DNA of 64,000 nucleotides from Balanoglossus misakiensis (lineage: Eukaryota > Animalia > Hemichordata): assembly GCA_040954595.2 (NCBI GenBank), contig CM082589.2:10490894-10554893 (forward strand), given 5' to 3'. This document shows, in pieces, positions 1 through 15,510 of the stretch. Under the pieces are notes generated by a model. It ran no database searches and had not been told where the DNA came from. It saw only the letters and a list, made by a program, of their open reading frames with translations. Every line of letters starts with the position of its first letter. Position 1 is the first letter of the stretch. The position numbers were made by a program, and so were the translations under genes.

Positions 1-859
1 TAAACGAGGCTGTATTTGGAAGCAACCATGAAATTTTACAACTATCCGTCGATCTACAGAGTCTAGTGGAAAAATGTCTCATGCGCATAGGCCTATCATG
101 TGTTCTGCGCCTCACAACAGAAATCGGTAAATAAACGAGGCTGTTTGGAAGCAACCATGGAAATTGTATAGCTATCCGTCGATCTACAGAGTCTAGTGGA
201 AACGTTCTTATGCGCATAGGCCTATATATGTGTTCTGCGCATCACAACAGAATTTTGTAAACAAACGAGGCTGTGTTTGGTAGCAACCATGGACATTTTA
301 GAACTATCTCTCGATCTACAGAGTCTATAGTGGAAAACTTTCTTATGCACATATGCCTATCTATGTGTTCTGCGCCTCACAACAGAATTCGGTAAATAAA
401 CGAGGCTGTTTGGAAGCAACCATGGAAATTTTACAACTATCCGTCGATCTACAGAGTCTAGTGGAAAACGTTATTATGCGCATAGGCCTATATATGTGTT
501 CTGCGCATCACAACAGAATTTTGTAAACAAACGAGGCTGTGTTTGGAAGCAACCATGGACATTTTAGAACTATCTCTCGATCTACAGAGTCTATAGTGGA
601 AAACTTTCTTATGCACATAGGCCTATCTATGTGTTCTGTGCCTCACAACAGAATTCGGTAAATAAACGAGGCTGTTTGGAAGCAACCATGGAAATTTTAC
701 AACTATCCGTCGATCTACAGAGTCTAGTGGAAAACGTTCTTATGCGCATAGGCCTATATATGTGTTCTGCGCATCACAAAAGAGTTTTGTAAACAAACGA
801 GGCTGTGTTTGAAAGCAACCATGGACATTTTAGAACTATCTCTCGATCTACAGAGTCTA

Positions 860-3800
860 TAGTGGAAAACTTTCTTATGCACATAGGCCTATCTATGTGT
901 TCTGTGCCTCACAACAGAATTCGGTAAATAAACGAGGCTGTTTGGAAGCAACCATGGAAATTTTACAACTATCCGTCGATCTACAGAGTCTAGTGGAAAA
1001 CGTTCTTATGCGCATAGGCCTATATATGTGTTCTGCGCATCACAAAAGAGTTTTGTAAACAAACGAGGCTGTGTTTGAAAGCAACCATGGACATTTTAGA
1101 ACTATCTCTCGATCTACAGAGTCTATAGTGGAAAACTTTCTTATGCACATAGGCCTATCTATGTGTTCTGTGCCTCACAACAGAATTCGGTAAATAAACG
1201 AGGCTGTTTGGAAGCAACCATGGAAATTTTAGAACTATCCGTCGATCTACAGAGTCTAGTGGAAAACGTTCTTATGCGCATAGGCCTATATATGTGTTCT
1301 GCGCATCACAACAGAATTTTGTAAACAAACGAGGCTGTGTTTGGAAGCAACCATGGAAATTTTAGAACTATCTCTCGATGTACAGAGTCTATAGTGGAAA
1401 ACTTTCTTATGCACATATGCCTATCTATGTGTTCTGCGCCTCAAAACAGAATTCCGTAAATAAACGAGGCTGTTTGGAAGCAAACATGGAAATTTTAGAA
1501 CTAACTCTCGATCTACAGAGTATAGTGGAAAACGTTCATATGCGCATAGGCCTATCTATGTGTTCTGCGCATCACAACAGAATTTTGTAAACAAACCAGG
1601 CTTTGTTTGGAAGCAACCATGGACATTTTAGAACTATTCGTCGATCTACGGAGTCTAGTGGAAAACTTTCTTATGCGCATAGGCATATGTATGTGTTCTA
1701 CGCATCACAACAGAATTCGGTAAATAAACGAGGCTGTTTGGAAACAACCATGGAAATTTTTAAACTATCCGTTGATCTAAAGTTGAAAAGTTTTTTATGC
1801 GCATAGGCCTATCTATGTGTTCTGTGCCTCACAACAGAAATCGGTAAATAAACGAGGCTGTTTGGAAGCAACCATGGAAATTTTACAACTATCTCTCGAT
1901 CTACAGAGTCTATAGTGGAAAACTTTCTTATTCACATATGCCTATCTATGTGTTCTGCGCCTCAAAACAGAATTCCGCAAATAAACGAGGCTGTTTGGAA
2001 GCAAACATGGAAGTTTTAGAACTATCTCTCGATCTACAGTGTATAGTGGAAAACGTTCATATGCGCATAGGCCTATCTATGTGTTCTGCGCATCACAACA
2101 GAATTTTGTAAATAATCGAGGATGTGTTTGGAAGCAATCATGGAAATTTTAGAACTATCCGTCGATCTACAGAGTCTAGTGGAAACTTTCTTATGCGCAT
2201 AGGCATATGTATGTGTTCAGCGCATAACAACAGAATTTTGTAAATGAACGAGGCTGTGTTTGGAAACAACCATGGAAATTTTACAACTATCCGTCGATCT
2301 ACGGAGTCTGGTGGAAAACTTTCTTATGCGCATAGGCCTATCATGTGTTCTGCGCCTCACAACAGAAATCGGTAAATAAACGAGGCTGTTTGGAAGCAAC
2401 CATGGAAATTGTACAACTATCCGTCGATCTACAGAGTCTAGTGGAAACGTTCTTATGCGCATAGGCCTATATATGTGTTCTGCGCATCACAACAGAATTT
2501 TGTAAACAAACGAGGCTGTGTTTGGTAGCAACCATGGACATTTTAGAACTATCTCTCGATCTACAGAGTCTATAGTGGAAAACTTTCTTATGCACATATG
2601 CCTATCTATGTGTTCTGCGCCTCACAACAGAATTCGGTAAATAAACGAGGCTGTTTGGAAGCAACCATGGAAATTTTACAACTATCCGTCGATCTACAGA
2701 GTCTAGTGGAAAACGTTATTATGCGCATAGGCCTATCTATGTGTTATGCGCATCACAACAGAAATCGGTAAATAAACGAGGCTGTATTTGGAAGCAACCA
2801 TGAAATTTTACAACTATCCGTCGATCTACAGAGTCTGGTGGAAAACTTCCTTATGCGCATAGACCTATTACGTGTTCTGCGCCTCACAACACAATTCGGT
2901 AAATAAACGAGGCTGTTTGGAAGCAACCATGGACATTGTACAACTATCCGTCGATCTACAAAGTCTAGTGGAAAACGTTCTTATGCGCATAGGCCTATCT
3001 ATGTGTTATGCGCATCACAACAGAAATCGCTAAATAAACGAGGCTGTATTTGGAAGCAACCATGAAATTTTACAACTATCCGTCGATCTACAGAGTCTAG
3101 TGGAAAAATGTCTCATGCGCATAGGCCTATCATGTGTTCTGCGCCTCACAACAGAAATCGGTAAATAAACGAGGCTGTTTGGAAGCAACCATGGAAATTG
3201 TATAGCTATCCGTCGATCTACAGAGTCTAGTGGAAACGTTCTTATGCGCATAGGCCTATATATGTGTTCTGCGCATCACAACAGAATTTTGTAAACAAAC
3301 GAGGCTGTGTTTGGTAGCAACCATGGACATTTTAGAACTATCTCTCGATCTACAGAGTCTATAGTGGAAAACTTTCTTATGCACATATGCCTATCTATGT
3401 GTTCTGCGCCTCACAACAGAATTCGGTAAATAAACGAGGCTGTTTGGAAGCAACCATGGAAATTTTACAACTATCCGTCGATCTACAGAGTCTAGTGGAA
3501 AACGTTATTATGCGCATAGGCCTATATATGTGTTCTGCGCATCACAACAGAATTTTGTAAACAAACGAGGCTGTGTTTGGAAGCAACCATGGACATTTTA
3601 GAACTATCTCTCGATCTACAGAGTCTATAGTGGAAAACTTTCTTATGCACATAGGCCTATCTATGTGTTCTGTGCCTCACAACAGAATTCGGTAAATAAA
3701 CGAGGCTGTTTGGAAGCAACCATGGAAATTTTACAACTATCCGTCGATCTACAGAGTCTAGTGGAAAACGTTCTTATGCGCATAGGCCTATATATGTGTT

Positions 3801-6040
3801 CTGCGCATCACAAAAGAGTTTTGTAAACAAACGAGGCTGTGTTTGAAAGCAACCATGGACATTTTAGAACTATCTCTCGATCTACAGAGTCTATAGTGGA
3901 AAACTTTCTTATGCACATAGGCCTATCTATGTGTTCTGTGCCTCACAACAGAATTCGGTAAATAAACGAGGCTGTTTGGAAGCAACCATGGAAATTTTAG
4001 AACTATCCGTCGATCTACAGAGTCTAGTGGAAAACGTTCTTATGCGCATAGGCCTATATATGTGTTCTGCGCATCACAACAGAATTTTGTAAACAAACGA
4101 GGCTGTGTTTGGAAGCAACCATGGAAATTTTAGAACTATCTCTCGATGTACAGAGTCTATAGTGGAAAACTTTCTTATGCACATAGGCCTATCTATGTGT
4201 TCTGTGCCTCACAACAGAATTCGGTAAATAAACGAGGCTGTTTGGAAGCAACCATGGAAATTTTACAACTATCCGTCGATCTACAGAGTCTAGTGGAAAA
4301 CGTTCTTATGCGCATAGGCCTATATATGTGTTCTGCGCATCACAAAAGAGTTTTGTAAACAAACGAGGCTGTGTTTGAAAGCAACCATGGACATTTTAGA
4401 ACTATCTCTCGATCTACAGAGTCTATAGTGGAAAACTTTCTTATGCACATAGGCCTATCTATGTGTTCTGTGCCTCACAACAGAATTCGGTAAATAAACG
4501 AGGCTGTTTGGAAGCAACCATGGAAATTTTAGAACTATCCGTCGATCTACAGAGTCTAGTGGAAAACGTTCTTATGCGCATAGGCCTATATATGTGTTCT
4601 GCGCATCACAACAGAATTTTGTAAACAAACGAGGCTGTGTTTGGAAGCAACCATGGAAATTTTAGAACTATCTCTCGATGTACAGAGTCTATAGTGGAAA
4701 ACTTTCTTATGCACATATGCCTATCTATGTGTTCTGCGCCTCAAAACAGAATTCCGTAAATAAACGAGGCTGTTTGGAAGCAAACATGGAAATTTTAGAA
4801 CTAACTCTCGATCTACAGAGTATAGTGGAAAACGTTCATATGCGCATAGGCCTATCTATGTGTTCTGCGCATCACAACAGAATTTTGTAAACAAACCAGG
4901 CTTTGTTTGGAAGCAACCATGGACATTTTAGAACTATTCGTCGATCTACGGAGTCTAGTGGAAAACTTTCTTATGCGCATAGGCATATGTATGTGTTCTA
5001 CGCATCACAACAGAATTCGGTAAATAAACGAGGCTGTTTGGAAACAACCATGGAAATTTTTAAACTATCCGTTGATCTAAAGTTGAAAAGTTTTTTATGC
5101 GCATAGGCCTATCTATGTGTTCTGTGCCTCACAACAGAAATCGGTAAATAAACGAGGCTGTTTGGAAGCAACCATGGAAATTTTACAACTATCTCTCGAT
5201 CTACAGAGTCTATAGTGGAAAACTTTCTTATTCACATATGCCTATCTATGTGTTCTGCGCCTCAAAACAGAATTCCGCAAATAAACGAGGCTGTTTGGAA
5301 GCAAACATGGAAGTTTTAGAACTATCTCTCGATCTACAGTGTATAGTGGAAAACGTTCATATGCGCATAGGCCTATCTATGTGTTCTGCGCATCACAACA
5401 GAATTTTGTAAATAATCGAGGATGTGTTTGGAAGCAATCATGGAAATTTTAGAACTATCCGTCGATCTACAGAGTCTAGTGGAAACTTTCTTATGCGCAT
5501 AGGCATATGTATGTGTTCAGCACATAACAACAGAATTTTGTAAATGAACGAGGCTGTGTTTGGAAACAATCATGGAAATTTTACAACTATCCGTCGATCT
5601 ACGGAGTCTGGTGGAAAACTTTCTTATGCGCATAGGCCTATCATGTGTTCTGCGCCTCACAACAGAAATCGGTAAATAAACGAGGCTGTTTGGAAGCAAC
5701 CATGGAAATTGTACAACTATCCGTCGATCTACAGAGTCTAGTGGAAACGTTCTTATGCGCATAGGCCTATATATGTGTTCTGCGCATCACAACAGAATTT
5801 TGTAAACAAACGAGGCTGTGTTTGGTAGCAACCATGGACATTTTAGAACTATCTCTCGATCTACAGAGTCTATAGTGGAAAACTTTCTTATGCACATATG
5901 CCTATCTATGTGTTCTGCGCCTCACAACAGAATTCGGTAAATAAACGAGGCTGTTTGGAAGCAACCATGGAAATTTTACAACTATCCGTCGATCTACAGA
6001 GTCTAGTGGAAAACGTTATTATGCGCATAGGCCTATATAT
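860..6040 (+). repeat. Higher-order duplication, offset 3300 bp (~25 monomers); boundaries approximate
   Basis: Text at 1081-2730 is nearly identical to 4381-6030 (differences seen at 2222/5522 and 2270/5570). Matching spurious ORFs at 1378/4678, 1603/4903, 2217/5517. Confidence 0.93.
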
Positions 6041-8599
6041 GTGTTCTGCGCATCACAACAGAATTTTGTAAACAAACGAGGCTGTGTTTGGAAGCAACCA
6101 TGAAATTTTACAACTATCCGTCGATCTACAGAGTCTAGTGGAAAAATGTCTCATGCGCATAGGCCTATCATGTGTTCTGCGCCTCACAACAGAAATCGGT
6201 AAATAAACGAGGCTGTTTGGAAGCAACCATGGAAATTGTATAGCTATCCGTCGATCTACAGAGTCTAGTGGAAACGTTCTTATGCGCATAGGCCTATATA
6301 TGTGTTCTGCGCATCACAACAGAATTTTGTAAACAAACGAGGCTGTGTTTGGTAGCAACCATGGACATTTTAGAACTATCTCTCGATCTACAGAGTCTAT
6401 AGTGGAAAACTTTCTTATGCACATATGCCTATCTATGTGTTCTGCGCCTCACAACAGAATTCGGTAAATAAACGAGGCTGTTTGGAAGCAACCATGGAAA
6501 TTTTACAACTATCCGTCGATCTACAGAGTCTAGTGGAAAACGTTATTATGCGCATAGGCCTATATATGTGTTCTGCGCATCACAACAGAATTTTGTAAAC
6601 AAACGAGGCTGTGTTTGGAAGCAACCATGGACATTTTAGAACTATCTCTCGATCTACAGAGTCTATAGTGGAAAACTTTCTTATGCACATAGGCCTATCT
6701 ATGTGTTCTGTGCCTCACAACAGAATTCGGTAAATAAACGAGGCTGTTTGGAAGCAACCATGGAAATTTTACAACTATCCGTCGATCTACAGAGTCTAGT
6801 GGAAAACGTTCTTATGCGCATAGGCCTATATATGTGTTCTGCGCATCACAAAAGAATTTTGTAAACAAACGAGGCTGTGTTTGAAAGCAACCATGGACAT
6901 TTTAGAACTATCTCTCGATCTACAGAGTCTATAGTGGAAAACTTTCTTATGCACATAGGCCTATCTATGTGTTCTGTGCCTCACAACAGAATTCGGTAAA
7001 TAAACGAGGCTGTTTGGAAGCAACCATGGAAATTTTAGAACTATCCGTCGATCTACAGAGTCTAGTGGAAAACGTTCTTATGCGCATAGGCCTATATATG
7101 TGTTCTGCGCATCACAACAGAATTTTGTAAACAAACGAGGCTGTGTTTGGAAGCAACCATGGAAATTTTAGAACTATCTCTCGATGTACAGAGTCTATAG
7201 TGGAAAACTTTCTTATGCACATATGCCTATCTATGTGTTCTGCGCCTCAAAACAGAATTCCGTAAATAAACGAGGCTGTTTGGAAGCAAACATGGAAATT
7301 TTAGAACTAACTCTCGATCTACAGAGTATAGTGGAAAACGTTCATATGCGCATAGGCCTATCTATGTGTTCTGCGCATCACAACAGAATTTTGTAAACAA
7401 ACCAGGCTTTGTTTGGAAGCAACCATGGACATTTTAGAACTATTCGTCGATCTACGGAGTCTAGTGGAAAACTTTCTTATGCGCATAGGCATATGTATGT
7501 GTTCTACGCATCACAACAGAATTCGGTAAATAAACGAGGCTGTTTGGAAACAACCATGGAAATTTTTGAACTATCCGTTGATCTAAAGTTGAAAAGTTTT
7601 TTATGCGCATATATAGGCCTATCTATGTGTTCTGCGCCTCACAACAGAAATCGGTAAATAAACGAGGCTGTTTGGAAGCAACCATGGAAATTTTACAACT
7701 ATCTCTCGATCTACAGAGTCTATAGTGGAAAACTTTCTTATTCACATATGCCTATCTATGTGTTCTGCGCCTCAAAACAGAATTCCGCAAATAAACGAGG
7801 CTGTTTGGAAGCAAACATGGAAGTTTTAGAACTATCTCTCGATCTACAGTGTATAGTGGAAAACGTTCATATGCGCATAGGCCTATCTATGTGTTCTGCG
7901 CATCACAACAGAATTTTGTAAATAATCGAGGATGTGTTTGGAAGCAATCATGGAAATTTTAGAACTATCCGTCGATCTACAGAGTCTAGTGGAAACTTTC
8001 TTATGCGCATAGGCATATGTATGTGTTCAGCGCATAACAACAGAATTTTGTAAATGAACGAGGCTGTGTTTGGAAACAACCATGGAAATTTTACAACTAT
8101 CCGTCGATCTACGGAGTCTGGTGGAAAACTTTCTTATGCGCATAGGCCTATTACGTGCTCTGCGCCTCACAACAGAATTCGGTAAATAAACGAGGCTGTT
8201 TGGAAGCAACCATGGAAATTTTAGAACTATCCGTCGATCTACAGAGTCTAGTGGAAAAATGTCTTATGCGCATAGGCCTATCATGTGTTCTGCGCCTCAC
8301 AACAGAAATCGGTAAATAAAAGAGGCTGTTTGGAAGCAACCATGGAAATTGTACAACTATCCGTCGATCTACAGAGTCTAGTGGAAAACTTCCTTATGCG
8401 CATAGACCTATTACGTGTTCTGCGCCTCACAACAGAATTCGGTAAATAAACGATGCTGTTTGGAAGCAACCATGGAAATTTTACAACTATCCGTCGATCT
8501 ACAGAGTCTGGTGGAAAAATTTCTTATGCGCATAGTCCTATCATGTGTTCTGCGCATCACAACAGAATTCGGTAAATAAACGAGGCTGTTTGGAAGCAA

Positions 8600-11500
8600 C
8601 CATTGAAATTTTAGAACTATCCGTCGATCTACAGAGTCTAGTGGAAAACGTTCTTATGCGCATAGGCCTATCTATGTGTTATGCGCATCACAACAGAAAT
8701 CGGTAAATAAACGAGGCTGTGTTTGGAAGCAACCATGGACATTTTAGAACTATCTCTCGATCTACAGAGCCTATAGTGGAAAACTTTCTTATGCACATAT
8801 GCCTATCTATGTGTTCTGCGCCTCACAACAGAAATCGGTAAATAAACGAGGCTGTTTAAAAGCAACCATGGAAATTTTACAGCTATCCGTCGATCTACAG
8901 AGTCTAGTGGAAACGTTCTTATGCGCATAGGCCTATATATGTGTTCTGCGCATCACAACAGAATTTTGTAAACAAACGAGGCTGTGTTTGGAAGCAACCA
9001 TGGACATTTTAGAACTATCTCTCGATCTACAGAGTCTATAGTGGAAAACTTTCTTATGCACATATGCCTATCTATGTGTTCTGCGCCTCACAACAGAATT
9101 CGGTAAATAAACGAGGCTGTTTGAAAGCAACCATGGAAATTTTACAACTATCCGTCGATCTACAGAGTCTAGTGGAAAACGTTATTATGCGCATAGGCCT
9201 ATATATGTGTTCTGCGCATCACAACAGAATTGTGTAAACAAACGAGGCTGTGTTTGGAAGCAACCATGGAAATTTTAGAACTATCTCTCGATCTACAGAG
9301 TCTAGTGGAAAACTTTATTATGCACATATGCCTATCTATGTGTTCTGCGCATCACAACAGAAATCGGTAAATAAACGAGGCTGTTTGGAAGCAACCATGG
9401 AAATTTTACAACTATCCGTCGATCTACAGAGTCTGGTGGAAAATTTTCTTATGCGCATAGGCCTATTACGTGCTCTGCGCCTCACAACAGAATTCGGTAA
9501 ATAAACGAGGCTGTTTGGAAGCAACCATGGAAATTTTAGAACTATCCGTCGATCTACAGAGTCTAGTGGAAAAATGTCTTATGCGCATAGGCCTATCATG
9601 TGTTCTGCGCCTCACAACAGAAATCGGTAAATAAACGAGGCTGTTTGGAAGTAACCATGGAAATTGTACAACTATCCGTCGATCTACAGAGTCTAGTGGA
9701 AAACGTTCTTATGCGCATAGGCCTATCTATGTGTTATGCGCATCACAACAGAAATCGGTAAATAAACGAGGCTGTATTTGGAAGCAACCATGAAATTTTA
9801 CAACTATCCGTCGATCTACAGAGTCTAGTGGAAAAATGTCTCATGCGCATAGGCCTATCATGTGTTCTGCGCCTCACAACAGAAATCGGTAAATAAACGA
9901 GGCTGTTTGGAAGCAACCATAGAAATTTTACAGCTATCCGTCGATCTACAGAGTCTAGTGGAAACGTTCTTATGCGCATAGGCCTATATATGTGTTCTGC
10001 GCATCACAACAGAATGTTGTAAACAAACGAGGCTGTGTTTGGTAGCAACCATGGACATTTTAGAACTATCTCTCGATCTACAGAGTCTATAGTGGAAAAC
10101 TTTCTTATGCACATATGCCTATCTATGTGTTCTGCGCCTCACAACAGAATTCGGTAAATAAACGAGGCTGTTTGGAAGCAACCATGGAAATTTTACAACT
10201 ATCCGTCGATCTACAGAGTCTAGTGGAAAACGTTATTATGCGCATAGGCCTATATATGTGTTCTGCGCATCACAACAGAATTTTGTAAACAAACGAGGCT
10301 GTGTTTGGAAGCAACCATGGACATTTTAGAACTATCTCTCGATCTACAGAGTCTATAGTGGAAAACTTTCTTATGCACATAGGCCTATCTATGTGTTCTG
10401 TGCCTCACAACAGAATTCGGTAAATAAACGAGGCTGTTTGGAAGCAACCATGGAAATTTTAGAACTATCCGTCGATCTACAGAGTCTAGTGGAAAACGTT
10501 CTTATGCGCATAGGCCTATATATGTGTTCTGCGCATCACAACAGAATTTTGTAAACAAACGAGGCTGTGTTTGAAAGCAACCATGGAAATTTTAGAACTA
10601 TCTCTCGATGTACAGAGTCTATAGTGGAAAACTTTCTTATGCACATATGCCTATCTATGTGTTCTGCGCCTCAAAACAGAATTCCGTAAATAAACGAGGC
10701 TGTTTGGAAGCAAACATGGAAATTTTAGAACTAACTCTCGATCTACAGAGTATAGTGGAAAACGTTCATATGCGCATAGGCCTATCTATGTGTTCTGCGC
10801 ATCACAACAGAATTTTGTAAACAAACCAGGCTTTGTTTGGAAGCAACCATGGACATTTTAGAACTATTCGTCGATCTACGGAGTCTAGTGGAAAACTTTC
10901 TTATGCGCATAGGCATATGTATGTGTTCTACGCATCACAACAGAATTCGGTAAATAAACGAGGCTGTTTGGAAACAACCATGGAAATTTTTGAACTATCC
11001 GTTGATCTAAAGTTGAAAAGTTTTTTATGCGCATAGGCCTATCTATGTGTTCTGCGCCTCACAACAGAAATCGGTAAATAAACGAGGCTGTTTGGAAGCA
11101 ACCATGGAAATTTTACAACTATCTCTCGATCTACAGAGTCTATAGTGGAAAACTTTCTTATTCACATATGCCTATCTATGTGTTCTGCGCCTCAAAACAG
11201 AATTCCGCAAATAAACGAGGCTGTTTGGAAGCAAACATGGAAGTTTTAGAACTATCTCTCGATCTACAGTGTATAGTGGAAAACGTTCATATGCGCATAG
11301 GCCTATCTATGTGTTCTGCGCATCACAACAGAATTTTGTAATCAATCGAGGATGTGTTTGGAAGCAATCATGGAAATTTTAGAACTATCCGTCGATCTAC
11401 AGAGTCTAGTGGGAAACTTTCTTATGCGCATAGGCATATGTATGTGTTCAGCGCATCACAACAGAATTTTGTAAATGAACGAGGCTGTGTTTGGAAACAA

Positions 11501-14500
11501 CCATGGAAATTTTAGAACTATCTCTCGATCTAAAGTTGAAAAGTTTCTTATGCGCATAGGCCTAGTACGTGTTCTGCGCCTCACAACAGAATTCGGTAAA
11601 TAAACGAGGCTGTTTGGAAGCAACAATGGAAATTTTAGAACTATCCGTCGATCTACGGAGTATAGTGGAAAACGTTCATATGCGCATAGGCCTTTATATG
11701 TGTTCTGCGCATCACAACAGAATTTTGTAAACAATCGAGGATGTGTTTGGAAGCAATCATGGAAATTTTAGAACTATCCGTCGATCTACAGAGTCTAGTG
11801 GGAAACTTTCTTATGCGCATAGGCATATGTATGTGTTCAGCGCATAACAACAGAATTTTGTAAATGAACGAGGCTGTGTTTGGAAACAACCATGGAAATT
11901 TTACAACTATCCGTCGATCTACGGAGTCTGGTGGAAAACTTTCTTATGCGCATAGGCCTATTACGTGCTCTGCGCCTCACAACAGAATTCGGTAAATAAA
12001 CGAGGCTGTTTGGAAGCAACCATGGAAATTTTAGAACTATCCGTCGATCTACAGAGTCTAGTGGAAAAATGTCTTATGCGCATAGGCCTATCATGTGTTC
12101 TGCGCCTCACAACAGAAATCGGTAAATAAAAGAGGCTGTTTGGAAGCAACCATGGAAATTGTACAACTATCCGTCGATCTACAGAGTCTAGTGGAAAACT
12201 TCCTTATGCGCATAGACCTATTACGTGTTCTGCGCCTCACACCAGAATTCGGTAAATAAACGATGCTGTTTGGAAGCAACCATGGAAATTTTACAACTAT
12301 CCGTCGATCTACAGAGTCTAGTGGAAAACGTTCTTATGCGCATAAGCCTATCTATGTGTTATGCGCATCACAACAGAAATCGGTAAATAAACGAGGCTGT
12401 GTTTGGAAGCAACCATGGACATTTTAGAACTATCTCTCGATCTACAGAGTCTATAGTGGAAAACTTTCTTATGCACATATGCCTATCTATGTGTTCTGCG
12501 CCTCACAACAGAAATCGGTAAATAAACGAGGCTGTTTAAAAGCAACCATGGAAATTTTACAGCTATCCGTCGATCTACAGAGTCTAGTGGAAACGTTCTT
12601 ATGCGCATAGGCCTATATATGTGTTCTGCGCATCACAACAGAATTTTGTAAACAAACGAGGCTGTGTTTGGAAGCAACCATGGACATTTTAGAACTATCT
12701 CTCGATCTACAGAGTCTATAGTGGAAAACTTTCTTATGCACATATGCCTATCTATGTGTTCTGCGCCTCACAACAGAATTCGGTAAATAAACGAGGCTGT
12801 TTGAAAGCAACCATGGAAATTTTACAACTATCCGTCGATCTACAGAGTCTAGTGGAAAACGTTATTATGCGCATAGGCCTATATATGTGTTCTGCGCATC
12901 ACAACAGAATTGTGTAAACAAACGAGGCTGTGTTTGGAAGCAACCATGGGAATTTTAGAACTATCTCTCGATCTACAGAGTCTAGTGGAAAACTTTATTA
13001 TGCACATATGCCTATCTATGTGTTCTGCGCATCACAACAGAAATCGGTAAATAAACGAGGCTGTTTGGAAGCAACCATGGAAATTTTACAACTATCCGTC
13101 GATCTACAGAGTCTGGTGGAAAACTTTCTTATGCGCATAGGCCTATTACGTGCTCTGCGCCTCACAACAGAATTCGGTAAATAAACGAGGCTGTTTGGAA
13201 GCAACCATGGAAATTTTAGAACTATCCGTCGATCTACAGAGTCTAGTGGAAAAATGTCTTATGCGCATAGGCCTATCATGTGTTCTGCGCCTCACAACAG
13301 AAATCGGTAAATAAACGAGGCTGTTTGGAAGTAACCATGGAAATTGTACAACTATCCGTCGATCTACAGAGTCTAGTGGAAAACGTTCTTATGCGCATAG
13401 GCCTATCTATGTGTTATGCGCATCACAACAGAAATCGGTAAATAAACGAGGCTGTATTTGGAAGCAACCATGAAATTTTACAACTATCCGTCGATCTACA
13501 GAGTCTAGTGGAAAAATGTCTCATGCGCATAGGCCTATCATGTGTTCTGCGCCTCACAACAGAAATCGGTAAATAAACGAGGCTGTTTGGAAGCAACCAT
13601 AGAAATTTTACAGCTATCCGTCGATCTACAGAGTCTAGTGGAAACGTTCTTATGCGCATAGGCCTATATATGTGTTCTGCGCATCACAACAGAATGTTGT
13701 AAACAAACGAGGCTGTGTTTGGTAGCAACCATGGACATTTTAGAACTATCTCTCGATCTACAGAGTCTATAGTGGAAAACTTTCTTATGCACATATGCCT
13801 ATCTATGTGTTCTGCGCCTCACAACAGAATTCGGTAAATAAACGAGGCTGTTTGGAAGCAACCATGGAAATTTTACAACTATCCGTCGATCTACAGAGTC
13901 TAGTGGAAAACGTTATTATGCGCATAGGCCTATATATGTGTTCTGCGCATCACAACAGAATTTTGTAAACAAACGAGGCTGTGTTTGGAAGCAACCATGG
14001 ACATTTTAGAACTATCTCTCGATCTACAGAGTCTATAGTGGAAAACTTTCTTATGCACATAGGCCTATCTATGTGTTCTGTGCCTCACAACAGAATTCGG
14101 TAAATAAACGAGGCTGTTTGGAAGCAACCATGGAAATTTTAGAACTATCCGTCGATCTACAGAGTCTAGTGGAAAACGTTCTTATGCGCATAGGCCTATA
14201 TATGTGTTCTGCGCATCACAACAGAATTTTGTAAACAAACGAGGCTGTGTTTGAAAGCAACCATGGAAATTTTAGAACTATCTCTCGATGTACAGAGTCT
14301 ATAGTGGAAAACTTTCTTATGCACATATGCCTATCTATGTGTTCTGCGCCTCAAAACAGAATTCCGTAAATAAACGAGGCTGTTTGGAAGCAAACATGGA
14401 AATTTTAGAACTAACTCTCGATCTACAGAGTATAGTGGAAAACGTTCATATGCGCATAGGCCTATCTATGTGTTCTGCGCATCACAACAGAATTTTGTAA

Positions 14501-15510
14501 ACAAACCAGGCTTTGTTTGGAAGCAACCATGGACATTTTAGAACTATTCGTCGATCTACGGAGTCTAGTGGAAAACTTTCTTATGCGCATAGGCATATGT
14601 ATGTGTTCTACGCATCACAACAGAATTCGGTAAATAAACGAGGCTGTTTGGAAACAACCATGGAAATTTTTGAACTATCCGTTGATCTAAAGTTGAAAAG
14701 TTTTTTATGCGCATAGGCCTATCTATGTGTTCTGCGCCTCACAACAGAAATCGGTAAATAAACGAGGCTGTTTGGAAGCAACCATGGAAATTTTACAACT
14801 ATCTCTCGATCTACAGAGTCTATAGTGGAAAACTTTCTTATTCACATATGCCTATCTATGTGTTCTGCGCCTCAAAACAGAATTCCGCAAATAAACGAGG
14901 CTGTTTGGAAGCAAACATGGAAGTTTTAGAACTATCTCTCGATCTACAGTGTATAGTGGAAAACGTTCATATGCGCATAGGCCTATCTATGTGTTCTGCG
15001 CATCACAACAGAATTTTGTAATCAATCGAGGATGTGTTTGGAAGCAATCATGGAAATTTTAGAACTATCCGTCGATCTACAGAGTCTAGTGGGAAACTTT
15101 CTTATGCGCATAGGCATATGTATGTGTTCAGCGCATCACAACAGAATTTTGTAAATGAACGAGGCTGTGTTTGGAAACAACCATGGAAATTTTAGAACTA
15201 TCTCTCGATCTAAAGTTGAAAAGTTTCTTATGCGCATAGGCCTATTACGTGTTCTGCGCCTCACAACAGAATTCGGTAAATAAACGAGGCTGTTTGGAAG
15301 CAACAATGGAAATTTTAGAACTATCCGTCGATCTACGGAGTATAGTGGAAAACGTTCATATGCGCATAGGCCTATATATGTGTTCTGCGCATCACAACAG
15401 AATTTTGTAAACAATCGAGGATGTGTTTGGAAGCAATCATGGAAATTTTAGAACTATCCGTCGATCTACAGAGTCTAGTGGGAAACTTTCTTATGCGCAT
15501 AGGCATATGT
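8600..15510 (+). repeat. Higher-order duplication, offset 3680 bp (~28 monomers); boundaries approximate
   Basis: Matching ORF pairs 9250/12930, 9743/13423, 10608/14288, 10833/14513, 11456/15136. Shared rare variants GAATTGTGTAAAC, GAAGTAACC, AACCATAGAAA, GAATGTTGT. Confidence 0.93.

Noticed and set aside
386-407. CENP-B box-like motif ATTCGGTAAATAAACGAGG
   Set aside because: It resembles TTCG....A..CGGG, but the spacing is 2 bp too long and CGGG is not matched, so it is not a canonical box.
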